From contig NC_087255.1 in NCBI RefSeq assembly GCF_037042905.1, positions 10,416,001-10,480,000 on the forward strand: a DNA stretch of 64,000 nt, given 5' to 3'. Positions 50,831-64,000 of this stretch are shown one piece after another. Below the pieces are notes generated by a model, which was not told the DNA's origin, did no database searches, and worked only from the letters and a program-made list of their open reading frames with translations. The first letter of the stretch is position 1. Each line of letters opens with the position of its first letter. Both the position numbers and the translations under genes were made by a program. The DNA comes from Lytechinus pictus (lineage: Eukaryota).

Positions 50831-53800
50831 AAATAGAGGAAGTGTCCCTATTGTTGTTGTCATATATCTCTTTTTTTCTTCAATCTTTATTGACCAATAT
50901 AAATCACAATACTGGTATAGGAATCAAACAAATCAGCAAGTCATTTACATCATTAAATAGAGCAGCACTTAAGTACGTATTCAAGTTTATGGAGACAGAA
51001 ACGAAACACACCAAAAAGTATTCAATGTCCCCAAGGTCCCTATAGCTTTGAATTCCACAATATTAGTTAATTGTTACTGAATTTACAAAAGTGAACATAG
51101 TATTTGAAAGCAAGGAAATAAAGTCTAAAAATTGTTATCTTGAATGCCAAATATTTTTTGACAAAACGGGGTAATAGTGATATTCGAAATGTGTTTTTTT
51201 TTATGATAAAAGCTCAGTCACAAATAGGCCTATTATGTAAATTATTGTTTCGTTGTTCCTTTCACAGCCTGTTTGGTTAATCTTTCCTCTTAAAAAAAAC
51301 GATTTTCTTATGAAAGACCCTGAAATAGTTCTGAGGCAGCTATCAATAGCAGGTCCTAGTCATAAAGATATATACTAATAGCGTAATTAGTATACATCTC
51401 TATGGTCCTAGTACGCCTAAATATTCAACAAATTTATGTATTTTTTCCCCTGTCTATTTTTTTCAGGAGAAGGGCAATACAATAATTATCCCCAACTTAA
51501 TTCTCAGGTTGACGTTGATCAAAGGATATCGAGCATGCATAACTCTCCTATTTATAAGTTAAATTTTCTTTTTCTCAATATGTATTTTATCCACCTCTAT
51601 GGCCAAATAGCCCCTATTTTCTAAACAATAGTTAGCCTATTCTGCAAGAGAGAAATAATTTTAAATTGTCAACATGAGATAATAGGCCTATTAGTAAAGA
51701 TAAAACTAGTGAAACAATATTCGAGAAATTATATAAATGTACGTACATGCCACATTATTCGAGAGAAGTAAATGGTTAAAGGTTTGGGTTAAAGGTTAAA
51801 AGACGTTAAAAGTGAAAGTCTTCCTTTTCCAGGGGCGGATCAAGCTTTCGCCAATAGTGGGCCCGAAACGTTTATTTTGATTTGTTTCTTTAAAAGGTTA
51901 GTCCTAACAGTCACTATAGCTTTATTAAATAGGCGAAGCGCAAGCTTAAATTATTGGAAATTTCATGGATTTATTCTGTCCTGAAAATTGAACATTCAGG
52001 GCAATGTTTGAGCTCCTGAAAAAGATTGATGCGTAAATGATTACTGCATGCGAGCGCAAGCTCGAGAAGAAAATATTTATATACGTTCTAGCCTGATGGA
52101 AAAGGGACCTGTTCGAGGACTATTTGCAGTTATGACGATATACATTTCAACATTGAAATAATGCGAGCGGGGAAAATGAGATTTAGACCTAAAATGGATG
52201 CCATGTAAATCATGAAAAGGATGGGCAATTGGGTATCTTCCTATACATACATAATACGAACGCGAAGCGCGTGCAGAAAATATTGGATATTCTGATATGA
52301 AACTAGATAATTTAAGCATGTTGTAAATAAAGAATAAGCTGCATATATCTCAATAAACATGCGTGTGCGTATATGAGGCCTATCTGGGCATTCTAAATAC
52401 ATTTGTTATCATGAAAATGAATAATGCGAGCGTGAAGCTCGAACTGAAAATAATTGAAAACTATATAACTGAAAATTTTATTAGTGACATGATTTTTTTT
52501 GTATTTCTTCAAATCTTCCCCTCATCTTATTTTATTCACTCGTCTTCCTCCTCTTTCCCACTTTTAGTTGGCATGGCCTTGGGAACTGAGCGGGCAAGTA
52601 GGAGTGCTTCTGGTATGGGGTGGAAAAATTGAAAAATGTAGGCAAAATGAGGTACTTTTTTAGGTAAAACCTTTTTTTTTGTCAAATTTCTCTGGATCAA
52701 AATGACCTCCGTTTTGTAGTGAAAACATTTTTTTTTTTTTTTTTTTTTTGCTTTTCAAATTTACATCAGCACCCCCATCGTTCACAGGGCCTTGGTAGTT
52801 GGAATGTTTAGATGAGTGTGGACTTGGTTAAAATAATAATCACTCGGCCCATATTATTGATATAATTGTAATTTTGTTGAAAATTTTGGAATGAAATAGT
52901 TTAGAATCAATTCCAACTTGTTATAAATTCAGGTTTTGTTTTATACTGTTTCTTCGTTTCTCAAAATGCGCTTTGTATTTTATTATTATAAGTAGATAAT
53001 TATTTACTTTATTTCTATTCAATATACAAATTTGATAAAAATATATATATGATACCCATTGTGTATTATAACAAAGTGATGAAGATATAAGTCGTCCATA
53101 GGAAGGACAGATATAGGAAGCTTGATCCCCAGCCCTCCGAATGCATGATTTACTTTTCTTACTTTCACATAAAACCATCCAAAATTGTTAATATTCATTT
53201 AAAAAGATATATATTTCATTTAAAACGCATAGGGTGCTGAAGCACCCAAAGTTTTGTCGGGGGGGGGGGGTGCTGCATACATCATGGCATAGGCAGCACC
53301 CCCTGGAAATCAGATTGGGTATGCCTAAGAGGAGAAATTTAACCAAAATCCCCTTCATTTTTAGGCGAAACCCTTTTTTACGGGGGGGGGGGCGCTTGTG
53401 GATTTTTTATGTATTTAGTTTTTTGCTTCCGGCCACATTCACCTTCATTTGTGAGCGAGTCCCCTTTTTTCTTGTCTTTTTTTTTTCAAACTAGCATCCC
53501 CTCTCAAAAATCATCGCCTGGTCCTTAACTTTGTTTCCTCCTCGTCCCCAAATTTTGAAAACTGAAGAATTTATGTAGAATAATATCAGGTAGTGCGTTT
53601 GTGCTTTCAATAATCATTCAATCTGTAATGTGCTCTATACATGTATATTTCACTCTTCAAAACTTGAACACTGTCTCACTCGGTCGCTGTTCGCTTGGTT
53701 TATTTTCAATTGGTCTATAAGTATAATACCAAGTCGTCTTCTATCATTTGGTCTACCATCAGTTCGTCCACGATCCACATGGTCTGTGGTAGTTGGGAGA

Positions 53801-54701
53801 AATGAATGAAAATAAATTGGATATTAGACCAACTATGAGACGAAACTGTCATATAGACGAACGGGTGATTATTAGACAAAGTGATGATTGGACCAAATAG
53901 TTGTTAGACAAAATGTTGATGGACGAATGGCATTAGACTAAATGAAGTTAGACCATGTGATGAGTGGACGAGTTGGCAATAGACGAATTGGGACCTTCGC
54001 GTACTTTTGTAATAATTCAAATTTACTTTTTTTTATCCGACACCCCCCTCCACAAACACTTTTATTGCCCTCCACACTTGCCCCCCCCCCCCCCTCTTAC
54101 AGGGGCCGCGGAACCGGGGGGCTGGGGGGGCTTCAGCCCCCCCACTTTTTTCCAAAACCGTGTACAAAAACGTAAAAATGACCATATGATTGTGATTTTT
54201 AGCATGGTCACCCCCCCCCACCCCTTTTGGCTCAGCCTCCCCCACTTTGAAAACCATTCCGCGGCCCCTGTCTTACTGGCGCTACTACCGGTGCCGCCAA
54301 TCAAGCATTTTATACAATTTAGCATTAAGCCAACATCCGATGAGGTTTTTTAAATCCCGGGTTAATATTTTTTTCAAAAATTTGGTTCTCGACGAAAATT
54401 TCCTCCAAGAAAATCAGACAATTATATTTTTAAAAAAGGCAATCGCTTCCAACTTTCCATGGCGCTGGGAAGCGGGACGCAAGATTTTTCAGGGAGTGCT
54501 GCGTTGTGCAAAGAATAGGCAGCACTCCCTGCATGGAAATAAGGTTGAGAAGCAAAAAAGAGGGGGTATTGTGCTCCCAAAAACAAAATGACGGAGCACA
54601 ATTTTTCTGACGACCAAACCCCAAGCACCGCCTATCTAAAAATCGTTTCCGGGCCCTGATCGCTCTCAAGGGATGAATATGACCATTATAGGCCCTACAG
54701 T

Positions 54702-55845
54702 CAGTGGCGTATCTACGGGGGGCATGGGGGGCACGTGCCCCCCCCCCCCCCCAATCGGCTGGCCAAAAAAGGGGGGGAGGAGAAAAAAAAGAGAAAGAAA
54801 GAAAGAGAAACGTAGTGGGAAATAAGAAATTATTGTTCATTATAATGTTATATTATATTATGATTATGTTATGTTATATTACATAGAAAAAACTTTTTTT
54901 TCATAACTTTATGAAACATAATTTTCTCAGGCCTATGTCTTCATAGTTCCTGTTGCTCGCATTGTCTGTTTAACGAGATATGTAATCCTGTTTTACTAAA
55001 ACCTCCCGTTTTCAAGTCAATACACCAAATATACTTCCTCGCTTTTCGAGTTATTATTGTTTTATGTTGTGACATATGCTTCTTTTTCATGACTACATAA
55101 AGTGATTGCCCCATTTTAAGGTATTAATATAAAACATTTCCTGTCCGTGCTTACATTTGCATTAGTGGATTGGTGAGATGTCTGCTCTTCATTAAATCCT
55201 AAAATCAGTCCTTAAAATGTCCCTTTTTCTGATCTGAATATCAAAAAATTTCAGCTCGCGCTTCGATCGAGCTCGCACATTTGGATAGTGAAATACGTAT
55301 GGTCTTAGTGAATTCCTACAAACAAGTCTTAGAATGCCCCTCTTCAGGTCTGAATTCCCTAAATTTTCAGCTCGCGCTTCGCGCTCGCAATATTTGATTA
55401 GTGAGATGCGTATGTTGATCATGATTACAATGACTACAAGTGATTCATTTGTTAAGATGTAATTCTAACAAAATCAGCAAGCGCTTGGCACTCGCATTAG
55501 ATGATTTTGGTGAGATATGTATACTCTTAATGGATTAATGGGATCAATTATTACACAAAATTCAGCTCGTGCTTCGCGCTCGCATTGTTTGTTTAGCGGA
55601 ACAGGTACGTATCATGATTACAAAAAATTGTTTATAATGTCCCTTTTCAGGTCTAAATATTTAAAAAAAATCTGCTCGCGCTTCGCGCTCGCATTATTTG
55701 ATCAGTGAGATACATGTCCGTTTAATGGTACTGCCATTAAAATGTCTCTATTAGGTCAGTATACCTGGCACTAAGTGACTCAATTCTTGTTGCTGGTGCC
55801 TCCCCCCCCCCCCCCCCCAATGCCGTGACCCACGGTACGCCACTG
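54702..55845. mobile_element. Non-autonomous hAT-like transposon
   Basis: TIR cagtggcgta / tacgccactg; perfect 8-bp TSD CCTACAGT (54694-54701 and 55846-55853). Confidence 0.88.
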
Positions 55846-57109
55846 CCTACAGTATTACACTTTGGAAATAAACTGTTAAAAAAAATATTTGAAATTACTC
55901 AATAAAATTGAGACAAAAAAATATGCCTTAATTTTTTCAAGTATTTATAAGTTTAGCAGTTTTTAGTTAAATTTATTTATTTTTTGGAATACATTTTATT
56001 CAGGTAAATCAAGTTACAACAACTTAATTCAATTAAGTAAAACAATCACTGAAATATTTTTTTTTAATGGCGGAGTGGACTTTCGTGATTCGAAAATCCG
56101 CTCCCCCATCATCCCACTTTCAGTGACATCATTTTCATCTTATTATATAGACATCTTTTATCCAAATATTAGACTCTATATGCATTGTCACTTACCTGTA
56201 CATGATAGGTCCTGAGAACTACTGACAGTTATATTTATAGGCGACCGGTTCATTCTAACAATAATATTTACATTTTCCGCAAACCTAAAAAGAAATCTGA
56301 AATTTTCAGATGAGTGACTATTTAATGTTGTTCTTTCTTTGATTCTGCTGCATGAGAATAAAATATTTTGCGCATTCTAATCCAAAACAATTTCACACCA
56401 TAGATATGACAGTTATTTAAAAATTTTAACATTTACTTGATAATGAATTATTGAATAAGGCGGCGGCGTTACTGATTGAAAAATATAAGTACATTCAACA
56501 TGACTTTATAAGTAATAATTATCTTTGCCTAATTGGAGTTAGATTTACTTAATCGAAGCAAGCTATATATTTTGAACCCAAATAAACCAAGTAAATTGAA
56601 AGACAAGTTAAACCTACTGAAAAAATCGAGAAATAATTACAATCATTCTACTTATATACCGTAATTCAAAGATATTTTTTACAGTCGTACATTGTAATTT
56701 GCTGAATATTTTAAAAGCCTGAATTGTCACACATATGATGCAGTAAATATTCCATTTCTTTAGGATCAAGTATTAGGGGAGCGGAGGGTGATTAATCTAA
56801 ACTAAAAACTGAGTGCCGTTTTAAAATCATTTCCTTTTGTTTCATATCACGACCTGATTGTGAAAGTTCTTCTTCTTCTGTACACGGCAAGCCATCGGTG
56901 GATTGTCCTACTGGTGAAGTGCAATTTTCAAGTGTATGTACATCATCAGATAAAATTTGCTTACAGCGTACAAGTAAAAAAAGGTTTATCTTAAAAACAA
57001 GAAGTTGTAACAAGCCTGTGAACTATAGCCTAGGATAGGACTTGAAATTATGAAATGTAAATTGTCTTTTTTATTTTTACAGAAGCGATACCATACCGGC
57101 GCACACACA

Positions 57110-57162
57110 CTTTTCTCCTTTTTCAGCCTTTTTATTCACGTGTACACAGACGGGAAACGCCG
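57110..57162 (+). promoter_or_regulatory. EEF1D: Candidate non-coding leader exon of EEF1D with 5'TOP-like pyrimidine tract
   Basis: cttttctcctttttc followed by donor CCG|gtaaat, with CpG-rich sequence downstream. EF1 subunit mRNAs are classical TOP mRNAs. Confidence 0.5.
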
Positions 57163-57642
57163 GTAAATTTTACAAAACATAATTTGAGGATAATAAGTTG
57201 TTTCTACTTTATGTATGTAAATATTTTTTTTTGAAAATGAAATGAAATTTGATATTTCATTAATGGGAACTCTTCTCTGGTAATTATATTATCGTTCTCG
57301 CCAGGAAATTTGCCTTTCTTTCGTCAGTCGCTCCCACGACTGCACGAGTCGAGTCACTGCAGTCTGCACTGCCATGACTGCGAGTGTGTGTCGGGCCGGG
57401 GGTGTGTATGTTGGGAATTGGGCAGTTGGGACGCCTCCCGTCGGGATCGCGCTTTGTACCGGAAGCGTCGCGTACCGGAACGGCACCGTCATGACAGTCG
57501 GTGACGGTGTAACTGCGAATCTGGTGACTGGCTTCTACAAGTTCTAGGCACACATGATCCGCCGGCGGATTCAGTGCCAATTTCTCCCACAATTTCCCTT
57601 CAGCAGATGCATCATTCATGCACGTAGGCAGCGTATTAGTAT

Positions 57643-58086
57643 TAGACAGCTGGCAGCCGTCTGTTTCGAGGAGTTTTTTTTTTTCCTCGTACACAGACGG
57701 CTCGCTTTCATGCAGCCACCATTGGCATTAGGCTAATTTAGGGTACTTACAATGCAAAATCCTTTGTCGGGGCTCTTCAATTTTTGTCTTTAATGAATAA
57801 AACTTTTGAAAATTAACGCGACAGAAATGCAAATTAATATTCCCTCTTGCCGGGCATTAATTGCCAAAAACAGGGGAAAAATCAAGTTAAAAGTAACAAA
57901 AACAGCGACTTACCTCGACTGTCGCGCAACTTCACTTCCCTGTTTTATCTGAACTTAATAATAAACATATGGCCATTGAGTCCCCTGTACAGATCGCGCT
58001 AAAACTTCGGTCTCTGTATTTGGTGAGTGAAGCCCACGGAGTTCAGCTGAACATCCAACATAACAGAGACCGAAGCTTTTGGTCTA
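57643..58086 (+). mobile_element. ~445-bp TAGAC..GTCTA element with 9-bp TSD (AcademH-like, non-autonomous), copy 1
   Basis: Flanks gcagcgtat (57628-57636, then a 6-nt tagtat stutter) and gtagcgtat (58087-58095); homologous to the reverse complement of copy 2. Confidence 0.65.
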
Positions 58087-58481
58087 GTAGCGTATCATCA
58101 GGTATGTGGTCGTGGCCGCGGCGCGCAAACTCACTAGCCCCCCCCCCCCCCCCCCCCCCCCCCGATATTGCCGGCCAGAGCCGCGCATGCGCTGCCGGAG
58201 GGTGATCTCAATATGATTCACGTAGACGTCACGTAGCTTAGTCAATCTGAATTGAACCAAATTCGCCGAGGAACCAAATGTGCAAACATCAAATCTGCGG
58301 ATATGGTTCCAACAAGAATCCGAGTATGAGCAATATCTGCTGGCGGAATTGGTATCCACCGGTGGAACTAAATCTGCCGCTAACCAGCCCATCGCACTCC
58401 GCAGTGGGGCACGCACGAGCTCCGCCCTGGCCCAGTCGATCGGGCTGGGGCGGGGCTCCCTTCTTCTTTTTTGGTCCTTGG

Positions 58482-59670
58482 GTATAGGGAGTGATTGTAT
58501 TACCGACCGGCCTTGTATTACCGAACACGCGCATCGTATGTGTCAGAAAATAATTTCATATGCTCAAAACTTTGCAACATCCTTCCAAAGCACAGCGACA
58601 AATCGTCCATAGACTGTGTACAACGGATAGATCATCTCCGCACAGCGATTCGGATACCGCTGATTGGTCAATCGCGCAGATCACGTCATGACTACGTGGT
58701 CGCCAAAATAATTCCTTCGGACTGCGTGCGGAAGTATCGATAGCGATAACGATATCCGGTGACGTTGAGTACGCGGGAAATGGTCTTGGTTCGTGATCGG
58801 ATCGCTCCGGTATCGATCGAAAATTATCGAAACTCTGCAATTTCATGCATATTCACGCGACGCTCCGAAACCCGGAAGCCAATTGACTTTGTGCACGTTG
58901 CGATAGACTACAAATTCCAACAAATACGATGCCATATCGATGCTAATTCGTAAGAATTTGACTGAAAAGCAAGAAGTAATCGAAATTCACTTACCTGTGT
59001 GGTATCGGTGAGAAAATAGATCCTCCGAGAAAACCTTTCATAATTCATGTAAAATATAGGAAAGTGAAATTCTAGGTCGATTTTGGTACGAGGTGATAGA
59101 GAATTGCACACTTGTTGTTTTGGTGGAATACTGTGTGGGGAAGTGGAAGGCTTGCACTGCGCATGCTTACTGTATTTTCATTCATAAATTGGCTCTCGGC
59201 AGTGGCTGGATGACGTCATGTAATAAGCAAAATGTACACGCCCACTAGCATTGAACGCTCAGCTATCCGTTGTACACAATTTGTCGCTGTGCAAAGGGAA
59301 CTTGAATAGAAAGATGATGAAAAAATTGTCAAAAACACATTTTCAAAGTCTTGATATTCTAAAAATAATAAAATATGGTCAAAATAGCTCATCGGTGATT
59401 TAGTTGTTTTCTCAATTTTTCCTATAGAAAACACACGTTCGGTAATACGATACCTTTTTCAAGTGGTAAAAAATTTCACATGCGAAGAAGGGTCCGATAG
59501 GAAGCTAATATCGTAAAAAGGAAAAACTATTTCGGCAAAATTTTTACATATCTTTATTTTGTAAGTAATAGTGTATTTTTGGTGAAAGTTTGATGAATTT
59601 TAAGAGAATAATGTGTTTGATATGATTGAATTCATGGAAAGTGTTCGGAAATATGATCCACTACCATACC
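58482..59670. mobile_element. Probable non-autonomous TIR element
   Basis: Degenerate ~30-bp inverted ends (ggtatagggagtgattgtattaccga / tcggaaatatgatccactaccatacc) and repeated gtattaccgaac motifs. Confidence 0.45.
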
Positions 59671-59692
59671 GTACACTACCCAATGCCCCACC

Positions 59693-60146
59693 TAGACCAA
59701 AAGCTTCGGTCTCTGGAATATGTTGGTTCCGCTGAACTCCGTTGGCTTCACTCACCAAATACAGAGACCGAAGTTCTAGCTCGATATGTACAGGGACTTA
59801 ATGGCTATATGTTTATGTATTAAGTTTGGATAAAACAGGGAAGTGAAGTGGCGCAACAGCCGAATTAATAAGTCACTGTTTTTCCCCCTTTTAAGATTAT
59901 TTTTCCCTGTTTTGGTGCATTTCAGGCCAAAACAGAATAATATTAACAATCTTTATTTTGGTACAGTTCTTTTTATATATTTTTATGAAATAAAGACAAA
60001 AATCGATGAGCCCCGTCGGGGGGATTTTGCATTTTTAACCCCCTAATGGTGGCTGCATGATAGCGAGCTGTCTGTGTACAAGGAGAAGTTTTAAAAAAAT
60101 AAAAATGTTAAGAAACTCCTCGAAACAGACGCCTGCCAGCTGTCTA
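59693..60146 (-). mobile_element. TAGAC..GTCTA element with 9-bp TSD (AcademH-like), copy 2
   Basis: Perfect TSD TGCCCCACC at 59684-59692 and 60147-60155. Confidence 0.75.
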
Positions 60147-61350
60147 TGCCCCACCCTACTTTGCGGCGCATGGTACAATGTAGCTCGAGATCTTGAATTT
60201 TTTCTGAACCTGACTTGCACAGTTGCAGGGGATCTAGAAAAAACAGATTCAAATTTGAGAATGAGATAGGATACAAAAAGTTTTCACTTTTCTTAATTTT
60301 TATTAATCTTGCTTATCCTAATTATTAAAATCTTTGAAATGACACCATCGTCATGATCATTCTTTTCCATGAAATGCTTCTATTTAGACTAGAGTAACTG
60401 CTCCGATGTGCGCCTGGGCGGCAGTGGCCAGTGTGCGGCGCGTTCAGTTCAGCAGACTCAAATATACCACTGAACTCCCCATTACCCCTAAAACACTATG
60501 TAGTCTACACCACACATTCACTAGCTCACTACAAAATCATCTGATGACATGGACAAAATCTCGAACAAAAGTGAAATTTTCTTATCTAAAATGACCACAT
60601 CTTGCGTTAAAAATATGACTCGCTATTTCTTCACATCGCAGTTGAGAAATAAAGGGTTAAAAAAGTGGAATTTTCATGGTTTTTCCGATGTTCATGAATT
60701 TCGGAAACGTCCTCATGTACAAATGGCACTTTCGCAAGCAGACGTCAGCCACCATTTTTTCTCGGAAGTCAATGTTACGATAAAAAAATAACAAAAGGGA
60801 AAATTACGACAACAACACCGCAAACTGTCCCCTAAATGCGTCCATTGTGTGTACGCTTGCTATTTTCACATGCATTTGCAATGGAACTGTGCACTTAGCA
60901 GTGTTCGTGTGCCGTTTTGAAGCGAATTGCAGCTGCCTCACAGAGCTCGCGGGAGCGCCATTGGAATTGTACATCATGCCACACACTGGAAGCAGGGCTG
61001 CCGCACACTGAGAATGCTATCCCGGTCCAAAGTCGTGGTCAATATTGACCATCGCAATTGCCATTGGCCAATTTTTGAGATAACAAAGGAAAGTACCATC
61101 AGTCCTTTTTATATGATGTGTATGGATTAAAATAGTTACAGGATGGGAAAAAACCCTTAAGCGGCCACACACTGGTCAACGCAGATACTCTAGTTAAGAT
61201 ATTTTAAAACCAGGAGAAGTCTTTTTATACACCGTGTAGATCAGGCACAAATTAAATAACATGAATGGTTTTCAATTTGACTTTTGTTCAACAGGTCAGT
61301 CGCTTTCCAAGCCAATCCTGCCTCCAGACTCTGAACACCAACCCGAAACC

Positions 61351-61464
61351 ATGGCCCACCCACTGATGCATGAAAACATTTGGTTCGACAGGAACAGGTT
61401 CCAGGAGGCCGAGGCGAAGTACCAGGAGCGCATTGCCTCCCAGCATAGCGGACTCGTAGTACAG
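61351..61464 (+). CDS. EEF1D: Elongation factor 1-delta, first coding exon (gene continues beyond the window)
   Basis: Kozak accATGg; MAHPLMHENIWFDRNRFQEAEAKYQE resembles the EF1-delta N-terminus (HEKIWFDKFKYDDAE). Acceptor ttgttcaacag| ends at 61294; donor CAG|gtaaca. Confidence 0.88.
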
Positions 61465-61596
61465 GTAACATGCCCAATGTAGTTGTGGGTTAGATAGATG
61501 ATCATCTGGGTTTTTTAGACTCTGACATGGACTGATTTAAGAATTGTGTTAACTCATGTTTGATTAGTTTGTTGTACGAAAATTCTTCTGGTTTTT

Positions 61597-61648
61597 TGTC
61601 TCACCTGCATAGCAGAGTGAGACTATAGGCGCCGCTTTTCCGACGGCG

Positions 61649-61691
<43 letters not shown>

Positions 61692-62585
61692 CGGCGGCGT
61701 CAACACCAAATCTTAACCTGAGGTTAAGTTTTTGAAATGACAGCATAACTTAGAAAGTATATGGACCTAGTTCATGAAACTTGGCCATAAGGTTAATCAA
61801 GTATTACTGAACATCCTGCCTAAGTTTCATGTCACATGACCAAGGTCAAAGGTCATTTAGGGTCAATGAACTTAGACCATGTTGGGGGAATCAACATCAA
61901 AATCTTAACCTAAGGTTAAGTTTTTGAAATGTCATCATAACTTAGAAAATATATGGACCTAGTTCATGAAACTTATACATAAGGTTAATCAAGTATCACT
62001 GAACATCTTGCATGAGTTTCACATCACATGACCAAGGTCAAAGGTCATTTAGGGTCAATGAACTTTGGCCGAATTGGGGGTATCTGTTGAATTACCATCA
62101 TAACTTTGAAAGTTTATGGATCTGATTCATGAAACTTGGACATAATAGTAATCAAGTATTACTGAACATCCTGTGCAAGTTTCAGGTCACATGATCAAGG
62201 TCAAAGGTCATTTAGGGTCAATGAACTTTGGCCAAATTGGGGTATTTGTTGAATTACAGCCATAAATTTGAAAGTGTGTTGGTCTAGTTCATAAAACTTG
62301 GACATAATAGTAATCAAGTATCACTGAACATCCTGTGCGAGTTTCAGGTAACATGATCAAGGTCAAAGGTCATGTAAGGTCAAAGAACTTTGGCCACGTT
62401 GGGGGTATTTGTTGAATTGCCATCATATCTCTATAAGTGTATTGGTCTAGTTCATAAAACGTGGAAATAAGAGTAACCAAGTATCACTGAACATCTTGTG
62501 CGAGTTATAGTAGTTTTCAAAATCAGCACTGCTGCTATATTGAATCGCGTGATGCAGGTGAGACGGCCAGAGGCATTCCACTTGT
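61597..62585 (+). mobile_element. Non-autonomous Helentron/HINE-like element with internal tandem repeats
   Basis: subTIR tgtctcacctgcat, nearby inverted gtgagac, (GGC)n, 160-190-bp tandem units, 3' atgcaggtgagac; inserted in a T run. Confidence 0.75.
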
Positions 62586-64000
62586 TTTTTTTTATAATCT
62601 TTATCATTTTGGCAGATATGGGCCACTTTTCATCTTTTTATGATAGTAGCAACAGGCCCTAAAGATCAGACAAAAAAGAGGAAATTAACAACCTAAATGG
62701 CAGCTATAAGTACACCCATGGAAGGCACAAGCTAGGTACTGTAAGCCCCAAAGCAGCTTGATCTGAAAGAAGCAAGATAAGAACCGTATGAATCAGATGA
62801 TTTTTTTTTTTAATTCAAGCAGACTTAGATGTATATTTTAAGAGGTCACCTAGCATATGAAAATTTACCCAAATAATCATATCGTATTGTGGACTAGTCT
62901 TGTGTAACATGTAATGGCCCCAGAATGTTCTGATCAGACAGTTTTCTGGAGCTTCTTTTATAGCCCACCAGCTCAATTATACTACATTGCACTCAGTTTA
63001 AATTAGACCTGGTGGGTGTTTCATAAAGCTGCTCGTAAATTAAGAGTGACTTTTAGAACGACCGGTAATCCTCGTGGTAAACAATATTCACCATTAAATG
63101 TTCATTGGTCATTATTTAGCGCATAAGAAAGGTTCACCAGTCGTTCTTAAAGTCGCTCTTAACTTACGAACAGCTTTATGAAACAGCCCCCTGATGGAAA
63201 TTTCAGGGGCTGTATATTAGATTTCTAGGGCTCTGTAGGGCATATCGGGGGCAAAGATTCCCCAAGCCTCCATGAAATTTTTCCCTGTTTGGAACACAAA
63301 AACTTGCCTGGTCAGAATGTTCGGGCACTACTGATGACATGACCACTAAATTACTCAATCTATTGCCTGCTCAGAGCTGGACCCAGGTTGTCGCTGATCC
63401 AAATTACAAAATTCATTATTGACTTGGTTAAAAATAATTCATAGTATTGGAATTGCCCCCCCCCCCCCTCCGTATTCGGTCCATAATGCTCATCTGACAT
63501 AGGCTTTAACTTATTTTTATATTCATTGCACACAGGAGTAGAACAACAAATTTTTGTAAAACATCATTTTAGTTTAATCACTTAATTTTTTTTGTACATT
63601 CTTCAAATTTATAACAAATCTTGAAATAGTATCAATGATCATGAAGAATGTGCTTGTTAAGGTTTTCTGTGAAAAAGAGAAATTATATATTGAGAATAAA
63701 ATCTCATAGCCTCTGTCTGTCCCATGTGTGACCTGGGTGATGTTTCACAAAACTTCAAGTTTGACAGAGGATGCACACTGCTGCATAGTAATCAATAGTG
63801 TTGTGTTCACATTAGTGTTTAAGCATGACACAAAGTCAAACTTGACTCTGTAAAATACCCCTGTTCATAATAACGTTTCTGGTCGAGCTTAATGATATGT
63901 TCTCCAATTTGAATGCAATATGAAGGTTTGGTCAGGTTTAAACTTAATCCAATCTAACCGGTCTGTGTGCTAGCTTGTGTGAATGCTTCTATAGCAACTA

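Noticed and set aside
56792-58846. Short ORFs around the CpG-rich region
   Set aside because: No recognisable motifs or splice support, and they largely overlap repeats or promoter-like DNA.
57643-60146. Single foldback transposon, or a miRNA/snoRNA hairpin in its arms
   Set aside because: Each arm has its own TSD, and the hairpin is part of a mobile repeat present in both orientations.

Overview
AT-rich animal genomic DNA with spliceosomal introns, many MITEs/SINEs and two N runs. The repeat landscape looks echinoderm, probably sea urchin (inference). Five genes could be reconstructed by hand with phase-consistent GT-AG junctions. (1-2) A tandem minus-strand pair of 3-exon, two-domain rhodanese (TST/MPST-family) sulfurtransferases, 340 aa (4592-11676) and 334 aa (13923-16831). 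Each has a separate exon encoding a mitochondrial-presequence-like peptide and a remodelled active site (loops CYIGIT/CAVGIT, Arg186-equivalent changed to Trp, Trp35-equivalent changed to Arg). (3) A 2-exon plus-strand orphan, basic and probably disordered, about 459 aa (21569-23785). (4) An 8-coding-exon CCDC24-like gene on the minus strand (32978-47778, 412 aa). (5) The first coding exon of EEF1D (61351-61464) with a candidate 5'TOP leader exon near 57.1 kb. The rest is transposon-rich: hAT-like elements with 8-bp or 6-bp TSDs, TAG..CTA elements with 9-bp TSDs, TTAA elements, Helentron-type elements, tRNA-derived SINEs, a nested 4.1-kb insertion with its empty site preserved next to it, and a 2-kb 20-bp minisatellite. 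The best candidate for an undescribed system is the neofunctionalised sulfurtransferase pair. All family assignments come from motif recall, with no database search.
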